From assembly GCF_009914755.1 (NCBI RefSeq), contig NC_060942.1: 64,000 bases of DNA; one strand, 5' to 3'. The DNA comes from the human T2T-CHM13v2.0 reference genome, Homo sapiens. Below are positions 58,326 to 64,000 of the stretch, in pieces (the first letter of the stretch is position 1; the number at the start of each line of letters is the position of its first letter). A program made the translations under genes and the position numbers. The notes beneath the pieces are model-generated. The model saw only the letters and a program-made list of their open reading frames with translations. It was not told the DNA's origin and did no database searches.

Positions 58326-59251
58326 GTAAGCATCAGGGACACCTGCCTGACTGGGCATACCTAGGCAGACAGACTTCCTTCCTAGGACTTGCCTGCATCC
58401 CACAAAAGTTCTGAGTTGGTTTCAGGAGGATCACAGTTGGCTAAAAGGCAATGCATGTATGTTGAGAAACATCAGAGTCAGAGCTCAGAAAGGCAGCGGT
58501 GAGTAGATGCAGTGTGGGGCAGATGAGACACACAGGTAGGTGGCTCTGAGGTGCACACAGCTGTTCTGTGTGGCTCCAGAGACTCTGCAGTGCCAAAGTG
58601 ACAGGAAGTGACCCAGGATCCTAGGTCTTGTTTTCAGAAAGAAGAAAAGTACTATTTCTCTGGTTTTCCTTTTCATAAGAAGTTTTATTAGGCAACTTGT
58701 TTTCTTCCTGTCTTTTTTCCCTTTTCCCCCCTTTTTTACTAGTATTTGTATGTTAAACAGCTCTCTATACTTTCTAAACATAACAGTATCTGGCAAATAA
58801 TTTCCAGGTTGTCCTTAAAATTATTAACACAATTTCCAATCACACAATTTCAAGTTAGTTCAAATGTGAAAGTGATACTGTTTTGCTATTAGAGTTGCCA
58901 AAACTAAAAGCAATGTAAACAGGTTGATTACTACTTAAACCTTGTTATGTTAGAGCTGAGCAGAAAGCACCAAGGAGAGAAAGTAGTATCAACTCTGATT
59001 AAGTTTATTGTGGATTTTTTGTCATACATATCCAATTGGAGATATCCAGTGATATTTGGGAGGTAAGAGGATTTTGCCAACTGGAACTCGTTCCCACGGC
59101 TTCCATTGCCCTCGCCCTAATTTCGCAGCTGTGGCAAACCTATCTATCCATTAAGGTAGAGATGTCATAGTTAATAGAAATAAAACAGCCTGCAAACATT
59201 CAGTGCTGGGGCTGAGATCCGCGGGTTGCGGGGATGCTGTGCTTCTTCCAG

Positions 59252-59893
59252 AATCCTGGCGCACTTCCACACCACCGCAGAAGACTACACTGTGATCTTC
59301 ACTGCCGGGAGCACGGCTGCTCTCAAACTGGTGGCAGAGGCCTTTCCATGGGTGTCCCAGGGCCCAGAGAGCAGTGGGAGTCGCTTCTGTTACCTCACCG
59401 ACAGCCACACCTCCGTAGTGGGTATGAGGAACGTGACCATGGCTATAAATGTCATATCCATCCCGGTCAGGCCAGAGGACCTGTGGTCTGCAGAGGAACG
59501 TGGTGCTTCAGCCAGCAACCCAGACTGCCAGCTGCCGCATCTCTTCTGCTACCCAGCTCAGAGTAACTTTTCTGGAGTCAGATACCCCCTGTCCTGGATA
59601 GAAGAGGTCAAGTCTGGGCGGTTGCGCCCTGTGAGCACGCCTGGGAAGTGGTTTGTGCTGCTGGATGCAGCCTCCTACGTGAGCACCTCGCCTTTGGACC
59701 TGTCAGCTCACCAGGCCGACTTTGTCCCCATCTCCTTCTATAAGATCTTCGGGTTTCCTACAGGCCTGGGCGCTCTGCTGGTCCATAATCGTGCGGCTCC
59801 TCTACTGAGGAAGACCTACTTTGGAGGAGGGACAGCCTCTGCGTACCTAGCAGGAGAAGACTTCTACATCCCGAGGCAGTCGGTAGCTCAGAG
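59252..59893 (+). CDS. MOCOS: MOCOS exon 4 (642 nt), NifS-like cysteine desulfurase core with PLP lysine (K264, AAG at 59742)
   Basis: ORF 59226-59897 contains VIFTAGSTAAL, DSHTSVVG, LLDAAS, SFYKIFGFPTGLGAL and YFGGGT; CAG/GTAACC boundaries. Confidence 0.97.
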
Positions 59894-62227
59894 GTAACCT
59901 TGCCACAGGGGAGGGGTCAGAGGAGTTCAGCAAGGTGGGGTCTGGCCTGTTTCTCCTGGAGGATTATGCAAGAGGTGGGTCTGGCTTTGAGGGTCAGCAG
60001 AATTCAGGTTGCTGGCAGGGACAGGCTGATGGCAGGGCTCAGATCTGGGAGGCAGAAGTTGACTGGAGGTGACACAGGTGTTCAGTGAACTCTACCCCCA
60101 TTTGAGAGGCTTCTCCAGAGCTGTGAGAGGACTGGGGCCTGCAGATAAGAACTGCACACAGGAGAGATAAAAGGCCCTCATGGGGTAAGGAGGGTGAGCT
60201 ACCAGGCCTCTGCCCTCAGCACTGACAAGAGGTTGCAACAGTTGAAACAGTGGCCTTAAAAGGTGGCACCCAGTGGCTTTAAAAGGTGGCACCATTTGGA
60301 AAAAGTCTGCCCACACATTGACAGCATAGCTGGTTCTCCAGGAGCTAGGATCAGCTCAGCCTGGCACCTAGTTAGCAGGAGGAATCAGTTAAAGCAGAGG
60401 CCCCCAGACTTGTGAGGCAGTGTTAGCGGCAACCTCTATGAGCCCCACTGTGAGTGAGTTACAGAGGGAGTCTGGGTGCAGGTTGTCACTTGCCCTCAAA
60501 TGCCAGAGGCCTCTGCCTGGGTTGTTGGCATATGCATCATCCCCAGGCTGCAAGGGCAGGTGGTGTGGGTTATGCTCAGGACTCTTTCAAATGGTAACAG
60601 CTGGGACCTGTAAGGTCGAGTGTGTCAAGGCTGAAAATGGTGGCTGATCCAGGGTTCTGCTGGGTCAACAGTGGGGACACAGGGTTGGGTAGGCAACTAA
60701 TCACCTCCAGGGTCCGGAGAAGGCCTGGGGCATAGACGGGAAGGGCTTTAGATCCCCAACAGACCCCACACAGACGCAAGGGTCCTGCACGTAGGGCCAT
60801 GGCCTTGACGATAGAGTCAGTGTTAGCTGTGTAAGCCTCAGGCTGGACCACTGGGGAATGAGTCCCCGCTCCACTGCACACCAGCGAGGGGACATGTGAC
60901 TTGTTCTCTGCACCTCATGTTTTTTCTGTAAAGTAGAAATGATAATATTGGGTCGGGTGTGGTGGCTCACACCTGTAATCCCAGCACTTTGGGAGGCCAA
61001 GGTGGGTGGATCATGAGGTCAGGAGTTCGAGACCAGCCTGCCCAACATGGTGAAACTCCGTCTCTACTAAAAACACAAAAATTAGCTGAGTGTGGTGGTG
61101 GGTGCTTGTAATCTCAGCTGCTCAAGAGATTGAGGCAGGAGAATTGCTTGAGCCCAGGAGGCAGACGTTGCAATGAGTCAAGATCATACCCACTGCACTC
61201 TAGCCCTGGTGACAGAGCAAGACTCCATCTCCAAAAAAAAAAAAAAAAAAAAAAAAAGAAATGATAATATTGTCCTTTTAGAGCTAACATGGGTGAAGTA
61301 TCAGAATGGTAGGGATCAATGTTAGGAGGCTATTTGATGCCTCTTTTATTTAGGACTTGTCCATAGTTGGGGGGCTTCTAAAACAGGAATGCTCATGTAA
61401 AACCTCTTGACTCCAAGTGTGATAATTTACCATGTAACAGAATCAAATGAGAAAAGAATGACAGGCATAACATAATGTAAGTTACAGGCAGAACAAAGCG
61501 ACACCTCAAATTTAATTTGGCCAATAAGGGCACCTGAAGGCCAGGAGAAGTGGGGCAGCTCACTGGGGGCCAGGGCATGAATGGGCTGGGGGGGATCAGA
61601 CCTCTTTCCTTTGATTCAGGTAGATGACTTTACAACAGATGACACGCCAACATTCCCAGAAAGCTGAATTTATTTATTTACCATTATAAGCCAATTTTTT
61701 TCTTGTGAACTTAGGACTAGAACTCAATAGATTTAATACTCAACCTAAAGGTTTATTGAATAAATACCTTGACTATGTTCTCAACTTTATTTTATAACTC
61801 AGCGAAGTACATCCCTTGACAGAAACAAAAAACTTTTATTTTAAGAAATCTATTAAGTATTTGATCAATAAATAATTGTCAATCAATTAATAACTGGCTA
61901 GTTTAACAAATTTTTTTGTAGAGATGGGGTCTTGCTATCTAGAGATGGGGTCTTGCTTTTTGTAGAGATGGGGTGTTGCACAGGCAGGTAGTTTCAAACT
62001 CTTGGCCTCAAGTGATCCTCCCACCTGGGCCTCCCAAAGTGTTGAGATAACAGGCATGAGCCACTGCACCTGGCCACCCTAGGAAATTTAGAGCAGCCCA
62101 AGAAAACTGCAGAGTGGGTCAGGGCCAGAGGCAGCTGGACAGGTCTTGGTGTACAAAGTGCCCCCATCCTGAAGGGGAGAGCAATGTTTTATAAGACAGC
62201 AGAGGGAAGGTATTAATAGATTACAGC

Positions 62228-62595
62228 GGTATTAGTCCAATTTCACACTGTTATAAAGATACTACCCAAGACTGGGTAATTTATAAACAAAGGAGGTTTA
62301 ATTGGCTCACAGTTCTGCATTGCTGGAGAGGCCTCAGGAAACTTACAATCATGGCGGAAAGGGAAGCAGGCACTTTCTTCACAAGGCAGCAGGAGAGACA
62401 GAGAAGAGCCCAGGGGAACTGCCATTTATAAAACCATCAGATCTCGTGAGAACTCCCTCACTATCACGAAATGAGAACAGCAAGGGGGAAACCATCCCCA
62501 TAATCCAATCACCTCCTACCAGGTCCATCCCTCAACACCTGGGGATTACAATTAGAGATGAGATTTAGGTGGAGACATAAAGCCAAACCACATCA
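62228..62595. mobile_element. MaLR solo LTR (MST/THE1-like) just upstream of MOCOS exon 5
   Basis: GTATTAGTCC...CCAAACCACATCA ends; perfect 5-bp TSD ACAGC. Confidence 0.88.
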
Positions 62596-62694
62596 ACAGC
62601 TAAGCCTAAAATCTAAAGCTCATTATATACCACGAAATGCACATGGATCGTTTTGACCACAGCTTGACCTGTTCTCCTTACCCCGTGGTTATAG

Positions 62695-62771
62695 GTTTGA
62701 AGATGGCACCATCTCATTCCTTGATGTTATCGCGCTAAAACATGGATTTGACACCCTAGAGCGCCTCACAG
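62695..62771 (+). CDS. MOCOS: MOCOS exon 5: FEDGTISFLDVIALKHGFDTLERLT(G); gene continues beyond the window
   Basis: TAG/GTCAGT boundaries; RFEDGT motif across the junction. Confidence 0.95.
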
Positions 62772-63629
62772 GTCAGTGGACATTTCTATCCCTGTGGAAT
62801 TTGCTCCTGTTGTGTCCTTGAGGGAGCTCTGGCACAGGTGTGATTCAGGTAAAGGAGACAGAGTCTGTGGAAGTGACTGGCACTCCATGTAGTTAAATTT
62901 GATTCCTAGTAACTTCAAAACCACTTCAGAGAGCAAGAGAATGAGGTGGGGTTTTTGGATTGTTTTTTGTTTTTTCAGCTAAAATAACATTTTAACAGGT
63001 AGAAGACATTCCAAATCAGGAGATTGCTAGCTTCACAGAATGAGAGGAGCATCCCTGGGTCCTGGGAATGGTTACAGATCCTGAGGCCTTTACCTGCTCT
63101 TGCCTTTCTGGGTCCTCCCCACTGCCCCACGGGGGAGCTCTGCCTATGAATGAGCTGATGCTCAGAGAGGTTAAACGCCTTCCAGGCCAGGGAGCTGGAA
63201 ACCAGGAGGGCAAGGATTTAACCCAAGTCATACTGATGCCTAACCATGAGCACCCAACCACTGTGTCTGCCGATGGTCTTCGCATGAGGCATGATTTCTT
63301 TCCTGGCCATTGCTCTTTTGTCACAGTAATGGGACCCTTCAGTGCCTTAACCTTAGCCTTAGCCCAACATAGGGGCAGACAGGATTCACGGGAAGAGAGG
63401 GTCGCCCTGATGGCAATGCAGGGAGGTGAGTGGGCATGATCTGGGACAAACGGAGTAGTTAATAAATACAGGCAGTGAGTAGTGAGTACTTTCCAAGGAA
63501 AGATATTAACAGGGCCCCCAAACTGCAGGTGACAGTGTCTAACAGGTCCAGGTAGCTCGGAATGCAAAGGTTGACTGTACCAGTCCACAATATGGCAAAC
63601 CCTGATTTTTTTCCTATGTCATTGTTCCT

Positions 63630-64000
63630 TTTTTAAAAAATAAAAATTGTGGTAAACTATACATAACATAAAACTTACCATTTTAACTATTTTTAAGTGT
63701 ACAACTCAGTCGTAGTAAATACATTCACAATGTCGTGCCACCATCACCACTATCTATTTCCAGAACTTTACCGTACCAAACAGAAACTCTGTACCCATTA
63801 AACAATAACTCTCTATTTCCTCCTCCCCTTCCAACCCTTGGAACTACTTTTTTTTCTCTGTGGATTTGCCTATTCTTGGTAACTCATCTAAGTAGAATCA
63901 TACGACATTTGTCCTTTTGTGTCTGGCTTCACTTAGCACGTTTCCAAGATTCATTCATGTTGAAGCATGTATTCTTCATTGCTTTGTGTAGTGTTAAAAT
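63630..64000 (-). mobile_element. L1MB-like 3' end (continues past the window)
   Basis: aattgtggtaaactatacataacataaaacttaccattttaactatttttaagtgtac... Confidence 0.8.

Overview
Human genomic DNA, not prokaryotic: it is Alu-rich and carries a human-lineage AluYb8. It is recognisable as the ELP2-MOCOS locus (chr18q12, from recall). The + strand holds the last 17 coding exons of ELP2, the WD40 subunit of Elongator (700-34208; all GT-AG, phases consistent, 1958 coding nt including the stop), followed by a probable long 3' UTR. After a CpG island come MOCOS (molybdenum cofactor sulfurase) coding exons 1-5 (47102-62771), including the PLP lysine motif SFYKIFG. The divergent lncRNA COSMOC is known from this promoter, but I cannot resolve its exons from sequence. 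The rest is mostly interspersed repeats: about 35 Alus, L1M, L2, MIR, MaLR LTRs, an ERVL-class provirus remnant, and hAT and mariner fragments. Nearly all ORF-track entries outside the exons are repeat noise. I found no new gene system. The most notable unexplained structures are: (1) a ~550-bp degenerate GC-rich palindrome in the MOCOS/COSMOC promoter; (2) a Met-Asp-stop uORF 8 nt before the MOCOS ATG; (3) an ERVL/MER21-like element with complementary half-LTRs, suggesting an RNA-derived copy; (4) two local templated-insertion scars; (5) an AATAAA inside the last ELP2 codons. Repeat subfamily names and exon numbers come from recall and were not searched.
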